Positions 29,070-39,749 of a stretch of 64,000 nucleotides of DNA are shown here, one piece after another; the first letter of the stretch is position 1, and every line of letters begins with the position of its first letter. The position numbers and the translations under genes are program-made. Origin of the DNA: Gemmatimonadaceae bacterium (lineage in GTDB: Bacteria > Gemmatimonadota > Gemmatimonadetes > Gemmatimonadales > Gemmatimonadaceae); the NCBI GenBank assembly GCA_044224875.1, contig JBGAJQ010000005.1, positions 32,001 to 96,000 on the forward strand. Reading direction: 5' to 3'. Under the pieces are notes generated by a model. That model had not been told where the DNA came from. It saw only the letters and a list, made by a program, of their open reading frames with translations, and ran no database searches.

Positions 29070-29989
29070 GTAACGGGCCACGCCTAACGACACCGCCCAC
29101 CGGCACCGAGATGTTCAAGGGCCTTGGGCAATGTCGTGTGCAGCAGTTGGTACTCGAGATCGCGGCGCGGCTGCAGCGCGCCGGAATCGCCGACCCGCGC
29201 GGCGAAGCGCGCGACCTGGTGGCGTCCCTGTGCGAGGCGCCGCGCTTCTGGCCCTCGCTGGAGCCGTTGGCGACGGTGGGCTTCCCGGTGGTGTGCGCGG
29301 CGCGGAAGGCCGCCGAACGACGAGCCGCTGGTGCGCCCTTTGCCTATGCCGTGGGAAAGGCGGCGTTCCGCTACTTGACACTGTCGGTGGATGAACGTGT
29401 GTTGATCCCGCGCCAGGAAACAGAACTCCTCGTGGACCAGGTGCTGGCGATGGTGCGTGGGCGTCGCTCCCAACACGTGCTCGATATCGGGACCGGGTCC
29501 GGCGCCATCGCCATTTCGTTGGCGTGCGAGGGAGACTTCGACCGAGTGGTCGCCACGGATGTCTCCGCGGACGCGCTGACGGTGGCGTCGGGGAATGCGG
29601 CGCGCAACGCTGGCACGCTCCGCACACCAATCGAGTTCCGCCACGGAAGCCTCTTTGCGCCGGTCACCGGTGAGCAGTTCGACGTCGTGGTGTCCAATCC
29701 TCCGTACATCGCCTTCAAGGAAGCGACCGAGCTCCCGAAGTCGGTGCGCGACTGGGAACCGGCCGCTGCACTCGTCTGCGGTGACGACGGGCTTTGCACC
29801 ACGTTCCGTCTGGTGGCCGACGCGCCCGCCGCAGTTCGAGCTGGCGGATTGCTCGCCTTGGAGGTCGACGAGCGGCGCGCCGGAGCGGTGGCGTCGCAGC
29901 TGTACGCCGATCCGTCCTGGCGCGACGTTCGCATCACCAAGGACCTCGCTGGGCGCGACCGTTTTGTGATCGGACGCCGCGCTGACTGA
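29066..29989 (+). CDS. prmC: Release factor glutamine methyltransferase
   Basis: [32 protein letters not shown]; follows prfA. Confidence 0.93.
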   Translation: MSNGPRLTTPPTGTEMFKGLGQCRVQQLVLEIAARLQRAGIADPRGEARDLVASLCEAPRFWPSLEPLATVGFPVVCAARKAAERRAAGAPFAYAVGKAAFRYLTLSVDERVLIPRQETELLVDQVLAMVRGRRSQHVLDIGTGSGAIAISLACEGDFDRVVATDVSADALTVASGNAARNAGTLRTPIEFRHGSLFAPVTGEQFDVVVSNPPYIAFKEATELPKSVRDWEPAAALVCGDDGLCTTFRLVADAPAAVRAGGLLALEVDERRAGAVASQLYADPSWRDVRITKDLAGRDRFVIGRRAD

Positions 29990-30010
29990 CCCCTTGCACA
30001 GGATTCCACG

Positions 30011-30400
30011 ATGACGCTCCCATTTGGCTCAACCGGTTCCGCGGCTCCACTGGAGGCAAAGGCGCGCGAGCTGGGCCGCCTCATTGGCCAGAGCAGCGAG
30101 TATCAATCGCTCAAGCGCGCCAATGAATCGCTTGGCGCCGACAAGGACGCGGTCACGATCCTCAATCGCATGAGCGAGCTTCGCCTGCAGGCGCAGCGCA
30201 TGATCGAGCGCGGCGAGGAGCCGACCGCCGACATGGAGCAGGAACTGGACGAGCTGCTCACCAAGGTGCAGGTGTCATCCTCGTACCAACGCGCCGTCGC
30301 CTCGCAGGAGAACTTCGACAAGATCATGATGCAGGTGAACGCCTGGATCGCCGAAGGGATCAAGGCGGGAGCGACCAGCTCAATCATCACGCTCGGGTGA
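30011..30400 (+). CDS. YlbF/YmcA-like helical protein
   Basis: KARELGRLI.QS.EY pattern; all-helical 129 aa. Confidence 0.65.
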   Translation: MTLPFGSTGSAAPLEAKARELGRLIGQSSEYQSLKRANESLGADKDAVTILNRMSELRLQAQRMIERGEEPTADMEQELDELLTKVQVSSSYQRAVASQENFDKIMMQVNAWIAEGIKAGATSSIITLG

Positions 30401-31083
30401 GCGTGTCACCGCGTGCCGGCGCCCTTGTGGTGTTCGAGGGCGCGGAAGGTGTTGGTAAGTCCACGCAGGTGCGACGCTTCTGCGCGCGTCTGGAGCGCAC
30501 CGGTCGGACGGTGGTTGCTGTACGCGAACCGGGCGGAACCTTGCTTGGCGACGAAATCCGCCGCCTCCTGCTGGACGTGGATCACCCGATGGATCCCAGG
30601 GCCGAAGCCTTGCTCTTCATGGCATCGCGCGCGCAGCTGGTTTCGTCCGTTATCCGACCGGCGCTGGAACGTGGCAGCGTCGTCGTCGCCGACCGGTTCT
30701 TCCTATCGACATACGCGTACCAGGTGTACGGGCGTGGCCTCGATCAGTCGGACGTGTCCGCGGCGAACGCGGTGGCGACGAACGGGCTCGTCCCTTCGCT
30801 CACGGTATTGCTCGCGCTGCCAGTGGATGAAGGGCTGCGCCGGATGCGGGCGCGGAGTGGCCCGGACCGCATCGAGAACGCCGACGCCGGTTTCCACGCT
30901 CGGGTCGCCGAGGCGTTCGCACGCTTCGCGACGCCTGAGTGGCAGTCGAAACATCCCGAGGCTGGACCCATCGCGAAAGTTGACGCGTTTGGTACCGAGG
31001 ACGAGGTGGACGAGCGAATCTGGACCATCTGTGGAACGCGCCTGGGGGAAACCCTTAGGTTACATCCGACGTCGAACACGTAG
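30397..31083 (+). CDS. tmk: Thymidylate kinase
   Basis: FEGAEGVGKSTQ, REPGGT, EALLFMASRAQ, DRF..STYAYQ. Confidence 0.95.
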   Translation: MSVSPRAGALVVFEGAEGVGKSTQVRRFCARLERTGRTVVAVREPGGTLLGDEIRRLLLDVDHPMDPRAEALLFMASRAQLVSSVIRPALERGSVVVADRFFLSTYAYQVYGRGLDQSDVSAANAVATNGLVPSLTVLLALPVDEGLRRMRARSGPDRIENADAGFHARVAEAFARFATPEWQSKHPEAGPIAKVDAFGTEDEVDERIWTICGTRLGETLRLHPTSNT

Positions 31084-31103
31084 CGAAATCCCGTGAGTGA
31101 ATC

Positions 31104-32672
31104 ATGAGGGCCAAGGCCACCGTCATCGCCGCCGTGCTGCTCTCCGCCCTCGTGAGCGGAGGGTGGTTCCTTCAGCGTGGCTTATCGGCGAAGCCGGGTC
31201 CAGTAGCAGGCGCCCGTCTGTTCGATGCCGTGAAGGCGCATGTCGAGCGCTTCTACGTGGACTCGGTTGGCGGCGCCGACCTGTACGAGAAGGCGATGGC
31301 CGGGATGCTGCAGGAGCTGCACGACCCCAACACGTTGTACCTGAAGCCCGACCGGGTGCGTCGCTTGGAGGAACGTGTCACGGGTAACTACGCAGGGATC
31401 GGCGTACAGGTCGAGCTGCGCGATCGGTGGCCCACGGTGATCGGTACGCGATCGGCCACACCGTCGGAGCGTGCCGGGCTTCGCACCGGCGACCGTATCG
31501 CGGAGATCGATGGAAGGTCGACACACGGCTGGACGGCGGATGAGGCGATCAGGGCCATTCGTGGCACGCCTGGCACCAAGGTGGAGTTGGTGTTGGAGCG
31601 GCCGGGTGCGTCCGGGCCCATTCACGTCAGCGTGCAGCGCGACGAGATCCACCGACGGTCGGTCGGGCGCGCGTCGTTGGTGGGCGACGGGGTAGGGTAC
31701 GTGGACCTGAACATCTTCTCGGATTCCACGGCGATAGAGTTGTCGCGCGCCATCGATTCACTTCGGGCGTTAGGCATGAAGGGGCTGATCCTGGACGTGC
31801 GCGGGAATCCGGGCGGCATACTTGCGCAAGGCGTGGGTGTGGCCGACCTCTTCCTGGACACCAAGCTTCCGATCGTGAGCATGCGGGGGCGCACGCCAGA
31901 GACCAACCAGGTGTTCTATGACAGCGCGCCCGAGCGCTGGCCGGGGATGCCGCTGGTGCTGCTGGTGGATGAGGGGAGCGCCAGCGCCAGTGAGATCGTG
32001 GCTGGCGCGTTGCAGGACCACGACCGCGCGCTTCTGCTTGGCCACTCCACCTTCGGCAAGGGGAGCGCGCAGACGCTGTTCCCCACCAGCACGGGGGGCG
32101 CGCTCAAGCTGACGATCGCCCGTTGGTTTACGCCGGTGGGCCGCTCGATCGACCGCCCGCGCCACGGAGTGGGCGACGACTTCGTGGTCCGCGACAGCGC
32201 AACGGCCCCGTCGTTCAAGACGGAGCATGGCCGGACGGTGTTTGGCGGCGGGGGCATCACGCCGGATATTCAAGCTGGCGACACCATCATGTCGCCCGCG
32301 GCTCAGGCATTCGAAACAGCGTTAGGCAGCCGAGTGACCGACTTTCGGGATGCCATGACCGCATATGCCTTGTCGCTCAAGACCGCGGGGAGTGTGCGGT
32401 CGCCCGAGTTCCAGGTGACGCCGGAGATGCGGGAACACCTCTGGACCCTGTTGCGCGCCCGCGGGTTCACGTTCGACCGCTCCATCTATGACGGCGCCGC
32501 CACGATCGTGTCGCGCCTACTAGCGCGAGAGATTGCCCGCTTCGTGTTTGGCCCGGAGGCCGAAACGCAGCGTTCGATCGCCGAAGACGAGGTGATCACG
32601 AGGGGAGCCGCATTACTGCGTGGCGTGACGAACACCGACGAGTTGTTAAGGAAAGCAACCGCCCGCCGTTAG
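31104..32672 (+). CDS. S41 family C-terminal processing peptidase with PDZ domain
   Basis: GIGVQ, LDVRGNPGG, SASASEIVAGALQD, FGKGSAQ, GGITPD. Confidence 0.92.
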   Translation: MRAKATVIAAVLLSALVSGGWFLQRGLSAKPGPVAGARLFDAVKAHVERFYVDSVGGADLYEKAMAGMLQELHDPNTLYLKPDRVRRLEERVTGNYAGIGVQVELRDRWPTVIGTRSATPSERAGLRTGDRIAEIDGRSTHGWTADEAIRAIRGTPGTKVELVLERPGASGPIHVSVQRDEIHRRSVGRASLVGDGVGYVDLNIFSDSTAIELSRAIDSLRALGMKGLILDVRGNPGGILAQGVGVADLFLDTKLPIVSMRGRTPETNQVFYDSAPERWPGMPLVLLVDEGSASASEIVAGALQDHDRALLLGHSTFGKGSAQTLFPTSTGGALKLTIARWFTPVGRSIDRPRHGVGDDFVVRDSATAPSFKTEHGRTVFGGGGITPDIQAGDTIMSPAAQAFETALGSRVTDFRDAMTAYALSLKTAGSVRSPEFQVTPEMREHLWTLLRARGFTFDRSIYDGAATIVSRLLAREIARFVFGPEAETQRSIAEDEVITRGAALLRGVTNTDELLRKATARR

Positions 32673-32956
32673 GTTCTTTTCGTATGGCGCCTGCCGACGG
32701 GCGCCGCCGGTTGGAGTTCGGTGACTCCGCATCCCGATCCCGACGTGGTGATTCGGTAGCTGCGCGGCTTCCTGCCGATCCCCGCCTGGGGCGACGGGGA
32801 ATTCCGCTCACTCGACGGGATCTTCGCACTAGCCAACTCCCAGCAGTTTGGCTCACTTTCCGTGCGGCATAATCGGACGTTGTTGCACTCATCGCACGGC
32901 TGCCCTGCTCGGTGGAAAGCGTGCTCACCAAGCGACCGGTAGCCCCACCTACTTCC

Positions 32957-35900
32957 ATGCTTACACGTATTGTTCGTTGGTCCTCGGTCTGCCTGTTCAT
33001 CTCGGCGGCCGCGCCCCTCTCGGCCCAGCGCTCGGCCCCCGCTGCCCAGCCAGCCGGTCTCACGGTTGACACGACGATCTACCGCGCACTGTCGTGGCGG
33101 AATGTCGGGCCGTGGCGAGGCGGCCGAGCCAACGCGGTCGCTGGCATCCCCACCAAGCCGCTCACGTACTTCGCCGGGTACACGGGAGGAGGGCTTTGGC
33201 GGACGGACGACGCTGGGATCTCGTGGATAAACATCTCCGACGGTCAACTGAAGACGTCATCGATCGGCGCGATCGCGGTGGCGCCATCCGACCCCAACGT
33301 CATCTTTGTTGGAACTGGCGAGCACGCCGTGCGCGGACAGTCGTCGACGTATGGCGACGGCGTGTACAAGAGCACGGATCAGGGTCGCACCTGGAAGAAC
33401 GTCGGCCTCGCCGCCAGCCGGCAGATTTCGGCGGTGCGCATACATCCGCAGAATCCCGACGTGGTGTACGTCGCCGCGCAGGGCGATCGATGGAAGGGCA
33501 CGGCCGAGCGTGGCGTCTATCGTTCCACGGACGGTGGCAAGAATTGGACGCTCGTGCTCAAGGGAGAGAGCGCGACGAGCGGAGCGAGCGACCTGTCGAT
33601 GGATCCAACAAACCCGAGGATCCTGTATGCGGCGTTCTGGGATCACCAGCGCGTACCATGGCAGGTTCGAAGTGGTGGCGCCGGCAGCGGCATCTGGAAG
33701 TCGCTCGACGGCGGCGACTCGTGGACGCGCCTGACCGGGGGCCTTCCCAAGTTGATGGGGAAAGTCGGTGTGGCGGTGTCCGCCGATCCCGATCGCGTGT
33801 ACGCGATTGTTGAAGCTGACAGTGGCGGATTGTTCCGCAGCGACGACGCCGGGAAGAACTGGAAGCTGATGTCCGGCGACCGCCTGATCCAGACGCGGTC
33901 GTGGTACTATATGAATGTCACGGCCGACCCCGCCAATCCCGACGTCGTGTGGGTCATGAACGCACCCGTCATGCGCTCCATCGACGCCGGCAAGACGTTC
34001 CAGACCGTGCAGGCCATGCACGGCGACAATCACCAGTTGTGGATCAACCCGTCCGACTCGCGCTACCTCATCAACGCCAACGACGGTGGCGCCTCCATCT
34101 CACAGGATGGTGGCAAGAGCTGGAGCACCCAGGATAACCAGCCGACGGCCCAGTTCTACCACGTCACGGTGGACGATGCCTTTCCGTACAAGCTGTACTC
34201 GGGCCAGCAGGACAATTCGTCCGTCATCATCCAGAGCCGGAGCGATAACGGCGCGATCACCGTGCGCGACTGGCGCGACGGCCCGGGGTGCGAGAGCGCG
34301 AACGTCGGGGTGAGCGCGAAGAACCCGCGCTATGTGTACGGCGGGTGCTATCAGGGACTGATCGACGAGCTGGACCAGCAGACCAACCTGTCGCGGTCGA
34401 TCATGGCCTATCCTGAGATGAACCTGACGGAGCCGACGGACAAGACGAGGTACCGATTCAACTGGACCGCCCCGATCGTCGTCTCGCAACACAACGACCA
34501 GGTGATCTATCATGGCGGGAGCGTCTTGTTACGCTCGCGCGATCGTGGCCAATCGTGGGCGCCGATCTCGGCGGACCTCACGCGCAACGACAAGACTCGG
34601 CAGGGTTGGGGGGGCACGCCCATCACCAACGAGGGCGCCGGCGGTGAAGTGTACGGGACCATCGTCACGATCGAGGAGTCTCCGCACGACGCCAACACGA
34701 TCTATGTGGGGACGGACGATGGACTGGTGCAGCTGACGAAGGATGGCGGAACCACCTGGACCAACGTCACGCCGGCCGCCGCCGGCGACGGGCTCACCAA
34801 CGAGATCGAGGTGTCGCCCCACGATGCCGCCACGGTGTACGTTGCCTTCCGCCGCGATCGCGTTGGCGACCCGGCGCCCTACGTCTACAAGTCCACCGAC
34901 TACGGCAAGACGTGGACGAAGCTGGTGAATGGCTTCCGCGATGGAGAGCCGGTCCGTGTGGTGCGCGAAGACCCAGAGCGTCGCAACCTGCTGTACGCCG
35001 GGACGGAGACCGGGCTCTACCTCTCCTTCGATGGAGGGACGCGCTGGCAGCCATTCTCGGGGAACCTGCCGGTGGTTCCGGTGACCGACCTCGATGTTCG
35101 GCACGGCGACTTGATCGCGTCGACCGAGGGTCGCGCCTTCTGGATCCTCGACGACATCTCACCGATCCGTCAGTTCACCGATTCCACCGCCGTGGCCGCC
35201 GTGCACCTCTACAAGCCGCGCGCAGCGCTCCTCACGTCTGCCGGCGGCGGCTTTGGGAACCCACGCGCGGCTGGCAAGAATCCGCCTGGTGGTGCCTCTG
35301 TCTACTATCGCCTCGCTACCGTCGACAGCTCAACCACGGTGAAGGTCGAGTTCCTCGATAGCCGTGGCGAGGTCGTGCGCTCGTACTCGAGCAAGGAAGG
35401 CCCGGCGCCACAACGGTTGTCTCCGAAGGCTGGAATGAACGTGGCGCGCTGGCCCGACTTGCGCCGCGCCGCGCCCACGCAGCTGCCAGGCGTGTTGCTG
35501 TTCGGTGCCCCGGCCGGTGGCGGTGCCGAAGTGACGCCGGGAGCGTATTCGGTCCGCCTAACGGTTGGAAGCGTGGTGCAGACGCAACCGCTTGAGGTTC
35601 GGTTGGACCCGCGCATTCAGGTGACTCCCGCGCAAATCGCCGAGCGCGACTCCGTCACGCGCGCCCTGGTGGCGCGTATTGGTGAGATGCACGACGCCGT
35701 GAATCGCGTGCGCGACATCAAGTCGCAGGTTCAAGGGTTCGTGAACCGCACCAAGGACGCCGATAGCGCCAAGGCGATAGCCGCAGCTGGCGGTGCCCTG
35801 GTGAAGCGGGTGGAGACCGTGGATCCGCGCCTCACCACCAAGGCGCAGAACGGGCAGGACATCATCAACTACGCCAACGGCATCAATGGGCAGTTCGGAT

Positions 35901-36100
35901 TCCTGCTTGGTCAGGTCGAAGGGAATCCCGTGGTGACACAGGGCGCCAAGGATCGCCTGGTTGAGCTGGAGAAGCTGTGGCGTGCCATCAGGGGTGAGTT
36001 AGACGGCATCGAGACCGATGTGGAATCCTTCAACAAGCTCCTCCAAGCGGCCAAGGTCGAAGGGGTCATCGGCAAGAAGAAGTCGGGCACGATCATGTGA
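32957..36100 (+). CDS. Secreted VPS10/sortilin-like BNR-repeat beta-propeller protein (glycosyl hydrolase-like)
   Basis: Signal peptide; WRNVGP.RGGR; many S/T-x-D-x-G-x-T/S-W Asp boxes. Confidence 0.85.
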   Translation: MLTRIVRWSSVCLFISAAAPLSAQRSAPAAQPAGLTVDTTIYRALSWRNVGPWRGGRANAVAGIPTKPLTYFAGYTGGGLWRTDDAGISWINISDGQLKTSSIGAIAVAPSDPNVIFVGTGEHAVRGQSSTYGDGVYKSTDQGRTWKNVGLAASRQISAVRIHPQNPDVVYVAAQGDRWKGTAERGVYRSTDGGKNWTLVLKGESATSGASDLSMDPTNPRILYAAFWDHQRVPWQVRSGGAGSGIWKSLDGGDSWTRLTGGLPKLMGKVGVAVSADPDRVYAIVEADSGGLFRSDDAGKNWKLMSGDRLIQTRSWYYMNVTADPANPDVVWVMNAPVMRSIDAGKTFQTVQAMHGDNHQLWINPSDSRYLINANDGGASISQDGGKSWSTQDNQPTAQFYHVTVDDAFPYKLYSGQQDNSSVIIQSRSDNGAITVRDWRDGPGCESANVGVSAKNPRYVYGGCYQGLIDELDQQTNLSRSIMAYPEMNLTEPTDKTRYRFNWTAPIVVSQHNDQVIYHGGSVLLRSRDRGQSWAPISADLTRNDKTRQGWGGTPITNEGAGGEVYGTIVTIEESPHDANTIYVGTDDGLVQLTKDGGTTWTNVTPAAAGDGLTNEIEVSPHDAATVYVAFRRDRVGDPAPYVYKSTDYGKTWTKLVNGFRDGEPVRVVREDPERRNLLYAGTETGLYLSFDGGTRWQPFSGNLPVVPVTDLDVRHGDLIASTEGRAFWILDDISPIRQFTDSTAVAAVHLYKPRAALLTSAGGGFGNPRAAGKNPPGGASVYYRLATVDSSTTVKVEFLDSRGEVVRSYSSKEGPAPQRLSPKAGMNVARWPDLRRAAPTQLPGVLLFGAPAGGGAEVTPGAYSVRLTVGSVVQTQPLEVRLDPRIQVTPAQIAERDSVTRALVARIGEMHDAVNRVRDIKSQVQGFVNRTKDADSAKAIAAAGGALVKRVETVDPRLTTKAQNGQDIINYANGINGQFGFLLGQVEGNPVVTQGAKDRLVELEKLWRAIRGELDGIETDVESFNKLLQAAKVEGVIGKKKSGTIM

Positions 36101-36906
36101 TGGGCGAGGGAGTCGCGCTCTTCGTTCCGTGCTTTGTTGACCAACTGTACCCGGACGTCGCGGTGGCGGCGTTGCGGGTACTGGAGCGACTCGGCGTCTC
36201 GGTGACCGTGCGCGATGGCGCAATCTGCTGCGGCCAACCCATGGCCAATGCGGGCTTCGTTCAGCAGGCCGGTCCCGTGCTGGCGCAATGGACGCGAACG
36301 TTCGCCGACGTCAGTCAGGTGGTCGTCCTCTCGGGTTCCTGCGCGGCGCATGTGCGAGCGCATGCACCCGCTGGTTCGCCCGCGCACCGGCACGCCACCG
36401 CTGAACGCAACGCACCGCCGTCTGACAGCGGACTCGGGACCGATGGCAATCGGACGACTCCGCGGGTGGTGGAGTTCACCGAATTCCTTCACGACACGGT
36501 AGGCGCGGAGGCGCTGTCCAGCTTGGGCGCGACGTACCCGCGGCGTGTGGCCATTCACGTCGGGTGCCACGCCCTACGGTCGCTCGGCGTGGCGCGCCCA
36601 TCGGAGCTGCAACTTCCTCCGATGAGCAAGGTGGAGTCGGTGCTGTCGGCGGCAAAGGGGATCTCATTTGCCTCGCTCGAGCGTGCGGACGAGTGCTGCG
36701 GCTTTGGCGGGACGTTCAGCCTGTCGGAGCCAGCCGTCTCCACCAAGATGGGGCGCGACCGATGGCGCGACATCGCAGGTAGCGGGGCCGAGGCCGTGGT
36801 GTCCACCGACATGTCGTGCCTGATGCACCTGCGTAGCGTGTACGGAGGCCAGCCCGAGCTGCCGATGTTGCACGTGGCGGAAGTTCTGGCGATGGGCCTC
36901 GCGTGA
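36097..36906 (+). CDS. lutA: Lactate utilization protein A (CCG-domain Fe-S protein)
   Basis: LFVPCFVDQLYP, CCGQP, SGSC, CCGFGGTF, DMSCLMH. Confidence 0.87.
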   Translation: MMGEGVALFVPCFVDQLYPDVAVAALRVLERLGVSVTVRDGAICCGQPMANAGFVQQAGPVLAQWTRTFADVSQVVVLSGSCAAHVRAHAPAGSPAHRHATAERNAPPSDSGLGTDGNRTTPRVVEFTEFLHDTVGAEALSSLGATYPRRVAIHVGCHALRSLGVARPSELQLPPMSKVESVLSAAKGISFASLERADECCGFGGTFSLSEPAVSTKMGRDRWRDIAGSGAEAVVSTDMSCLMHLRSVYGGQPELPMLHVAEVLAMGLA

Positions 36907-38336
36907 GCACCGGAGCCCACCGGGGGGTCTCGAGAAGCCCGTTGACGCTGCCGGTGATGGATGACGGGCGTGTGGACCACGCCGCTGGTGCCGCGCGTTT
37001 CACCGCGGATGATGCGCGCACCGACTGGCACAACGAGTCCCTGTGGCAGGTACGTCAGAAGCGCGACGTGGCCGCGGCCCTGGTGCCTGAGTGGGAGGAG
37101 CTTCGAACCCTCGCCTCGGGCATCAAGGAACACACCCTATCGCACCTGGACGAGTACCTCACCCAGTTCGAAGCCGCGGCCAGCCGCAACGGCGCAACGG
37201 TGCATTGGGCGCGAGACGCCGCCGAGCATAACGCCATCGTCCACGAGATCCTGAACGGCGCGGGCGCCACGCGTGTGGTAAAGAGCAAGTCCATGCTCAC
37301 CGAAGAGTGTGGGCTCAACCCCTTTCTTGCCTCGCGCGGCATACACGTCATCGACACCGACCTCGGCGAGCGCATCGTGCAGCTGCGCGGCGAGTCGCCG
37401 AGTCATATCGTGATGCCGGCCATTCACCTGAAGCGCGAGGACGTTGGGGACACTTTTCACGAGCACCTTGGCACCCCGGCCGGTGAAGCCGATCCTACGC
37501 GCCTTACAGCGGCGGCGCGGCAACACCTGCGCTCGCATTTCCTGGGCGCGCACGCGGCGATTACCGGGGTGAACCTGGCGGTGGCCGAGACCGGCGGATT
37601 CGTCGTGGTGACGAACGAGGGGAACGCAGACTTGGGGATGTCGCTCGCTCCCGTACACATCGCCTGCTGCGGCATTGAGAAGCTCATCCCCCGGGTTGAG
37701 CACCTGGCGGTGTTCTTGCGACTCCTGGCACGGAGCGCGACGGGCCAGGCGATGTCCGTGTACACCTCGCACGTACGTGCGCCCAGGAAGGGGCAGGCCC
37801 TGCACATCGTACTGGTGGACAATGGGCGGAGCGCCCAACTGGGCCGCGGCGACTTCTGGCGGTCGCTCAAATGCATTCGTTGCGCGGCCTGCCTCAACAC
37901 CTGTCCCGTTTATCGCCGTTCGGGAGGGCACAGCTACGGATCCACCGTGGCCGGACCCATCGGAGCAGTGTTGACCCCAGGTATTGACCTGCGGCGTTAT
38001 GCGACCCTGCCGTTCGCCTCCACGTTATGCGGGTCGTGCGCCGCCGTGTGTCCGGTGCAGGTGGACCTGGACGCACAACTCCTGAAGTGGCGCGCCGTGG
38101 TCGTGCAAGCGGGGCTGGCCGCGCCGGCCAAGCAAGCCGCCGCTGTGATGGGTGCGGCGACACTGAGGTCTCGTTCGCTCTACGCCGCGTTAGGCTGGGC
38201 GGCTCGCGTGGTGCTGCGCCTCGTGCCTGGTGAGTGGCGACGCCTTGAGCCCGGAGAGGGAAGGGAGTTGCCCACGCTGCCCCGTCGCACCTTTCGGCAG
38301 TGGTACCGAACCCACCGCGGTCAGCGGAAGCCATGA
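36903..38336 (+). CDS. lutB: Lactate utilization protein B (Fe-S protein)
   Basis: KSKSMLTEE, TDLGE, PSHIVMPAIH, TNEGN, CIRCAACLNTCPVY. Confidence 0.9.
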   Translation: MSTGAHRGVSRSPLTLPVMDDGRVDHAAGAARFTADDARTDWHNESLWQVRQKRDVAAALVPEWEELRTLASGIKEHTLSHLDEYLTQFEAAASRNGATVHWARDAAEHNAIVHEILNGAGATRVVKSKSMLTEECGLNPFLASRGIHVIDTDLGERIVQLRGESPSHIVMPAIHLKREDVGDTFHEHLGTPAGEADPTRLTAAARQHLRSHFLGAHAAITGVNLAVAETGGFVVVTNEGNADLGMSLAPVHIACCGIEKLIPRVEHLAVFLRLLARSATGQAMSVYTSHVRAPRKGQALHIVLVDNGRSAQLGRGDFWRSLKCIRCAACLNTCPVYRRSGGHSYGSTVAGPIGAVLTPGIDLRRYATLPFASTLCGSCAAVCPVQVDLDAQLLKWRAVVVQAGLAAPAKQAAAVMGAATLRSRSLYAALGWAARVVLRLVPGEWRRLEPGEGRELPTLPRRTFRQWYRTHRGQRKP

Positions 38337-38935
38337 ACGCACGAGACGCCATACTAGCCGCGGTTCGTGCCGCACGCCCCGACGCGAGTGCGCTGCCCGA
38401 GGTGTCGTCGGCAGTGCGCGCCTGGCAAGCGTCTCCCGGCGAGGCATACATCCGTTTTGTGTCTGCCGCTCGGACCGCCGGGGCGCGTGTCGTGGAGTGC
38501 GACCGCGCCCAACTGACGTCCGTGGTCGCCGAGGCCGTGCCGTCAGCGGGTCGCACCGTATCTTTGGTACGTGATGTTCGTGGAACGTTGTCGCCGCCAG
38601 AGGTTCCCCACGACTATGCAAAAGTTGACGCGTTCATCTGTGAGGGTGCTTTTGGCGTGGCCGAGAACGGTGCGGTGTGGCTGCCGGCTTCGCGGCTGGG
38701 ATGTCGCGCCGGCGCCTTCCTGGCCCAGCACCTCGTGATCGTGTTGAATCGTCGCGAGATCGTGGAGCACCTGCACGCCGCGTATGCGCGGCTCGATTGG
38801 TCGTCCGAGGAGTTCGGCATCTTCATCGCGGGCCCATCCAAGACGGCGGACATCGAGCAGGCGATGGTCATCGGTGCGCATGGTCCGGCCGCATTGACGA
38901 TCGTGCTCACGGACGGCGCGGTAGCCAGCGCGTGA
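38333..38935 (+). CDS. lutC: Lactate utilization protein C (LUD domain)
   Basis: GVAENGAVW, FIAGPSKTADIEQ...GAHGP. Confidence 0.88.
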   Translation: MNARDAILAAVRAARPDASALPEVSSAVRAWQASPGEAYIRFVSAARTAGARVVECDRAQLTSVVAEAVPSAGRTVSLVRDVRGTLSPPEVPHDYAKVDAFICEGAFGVAENGAVWLPASRLGCRAGAFLAQHLVIVLNRREIVEHLHAAYARLDWSSEEFGIFIAGPSKTADIEQAMVIGAHGPAALTIVLTDGAVASA

Positions 38936-39714
38936 GTATTCGTGAGCGGTTGAAGCGCTTTGTGAAGACCCACCGGCATTCGGGGAATCCCCTGATGCGT
39001 GGAGCGATCGGCGGCTTGTACAAGGGGCGGGATGCCCTGGGGGTGCTGCGACAGTTCAGTACCGATGGTGGCTATCGTGCCATCGTGTGGCTCAAGACGG
39101 TGCGCGGTCGTCAGCTGCACCAGACCACCGTGCTGACGTGGGCAGACCGGTACCCCGCGATTTTTGGCGCGGCGCGTGACTACTTTAGCGGGCGACCCGA
39201 GATTCGCATTTTGTCCTTCGGCTGTTCGACCGGAGAGGAGGTGGTGACGCTCCGGCAGTACTTTCCGCAGGCGAGGATCGTTGGAGCTGAGATCAACCCG
39301 CGGAGCCTGGCGGTGTGTCGAGCGCGCGGCTTGGACGAGCGCATTGCCTTTGTGCCTTCGACGCCGCGCCGCATACGGGACGCCGGGCCTTATGACGCCA
39401 TCTTCTGCATGGCCGTGTTACAGCGCAATCCGCATGCGGTGGAGTCGCAGGGGATCACGGACCTGAGTGAGACGTATCCGTTCGAGAAGTTCGATGCCCA
39501 GGTGTCGGAGTTTGAGCGGTTGCTGAATCCCGGCGGATTGCTGGTGGTCCATCACTCCCAATACGTGTTCGGCGATGCGACCGTGGCCGGTCGTTTCACG
39601 CCTCTAACGACGCAGCCGCAACCGACGGTGGATGGGCCTCGGTTCGATCGGAGGAGTCGCCGGATGGAGGGAGATGTGGTGGTGGGGTCGATGTGGGTGA
39701 AGGGGTGTCCGTGA
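38932..39714 (+). CDS. Class I SAM-dependent methyltransferase with CheR-like motif
   Basis: RILSFGCSTGEE, GAEIN, YDAIFC, LNPGGLLV. Confidence 0.75.
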   Translation: MSIRERLKRFVKTHRHSGNPLMRGAIGGLYKGRDALGVLRQFSTDGGYRAIVWLKTVRGRQLHQTTVLTWADRYPAIFGAARDYFSGRPEIRILSFGCSTGEEVVTLRQYFPQARIVGAEINPRSLAVCRARGLDERIAFVPSTPRRIRDAGPYDAIFCMAVLQRNPHAVESQGITDLSETYPFEKFDAQVSEFERLLNPGGLLVVHHSQYVFGDATVAGRFTPLTTQPQPTVDGPRFDRRSRRMEGDVVVGSMWVKGCP

Positions 39715-39749
39715 GGCCCAGCGCGGTTTTGTGCCCAACCGAGGAGCCG

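Noticed and set aside
36360..36460. Low-complexity insert in LutA as an intein or frameshift
   Set aside because: Short in-frame loop without intein motifs; flanking LutA motifs are intact.
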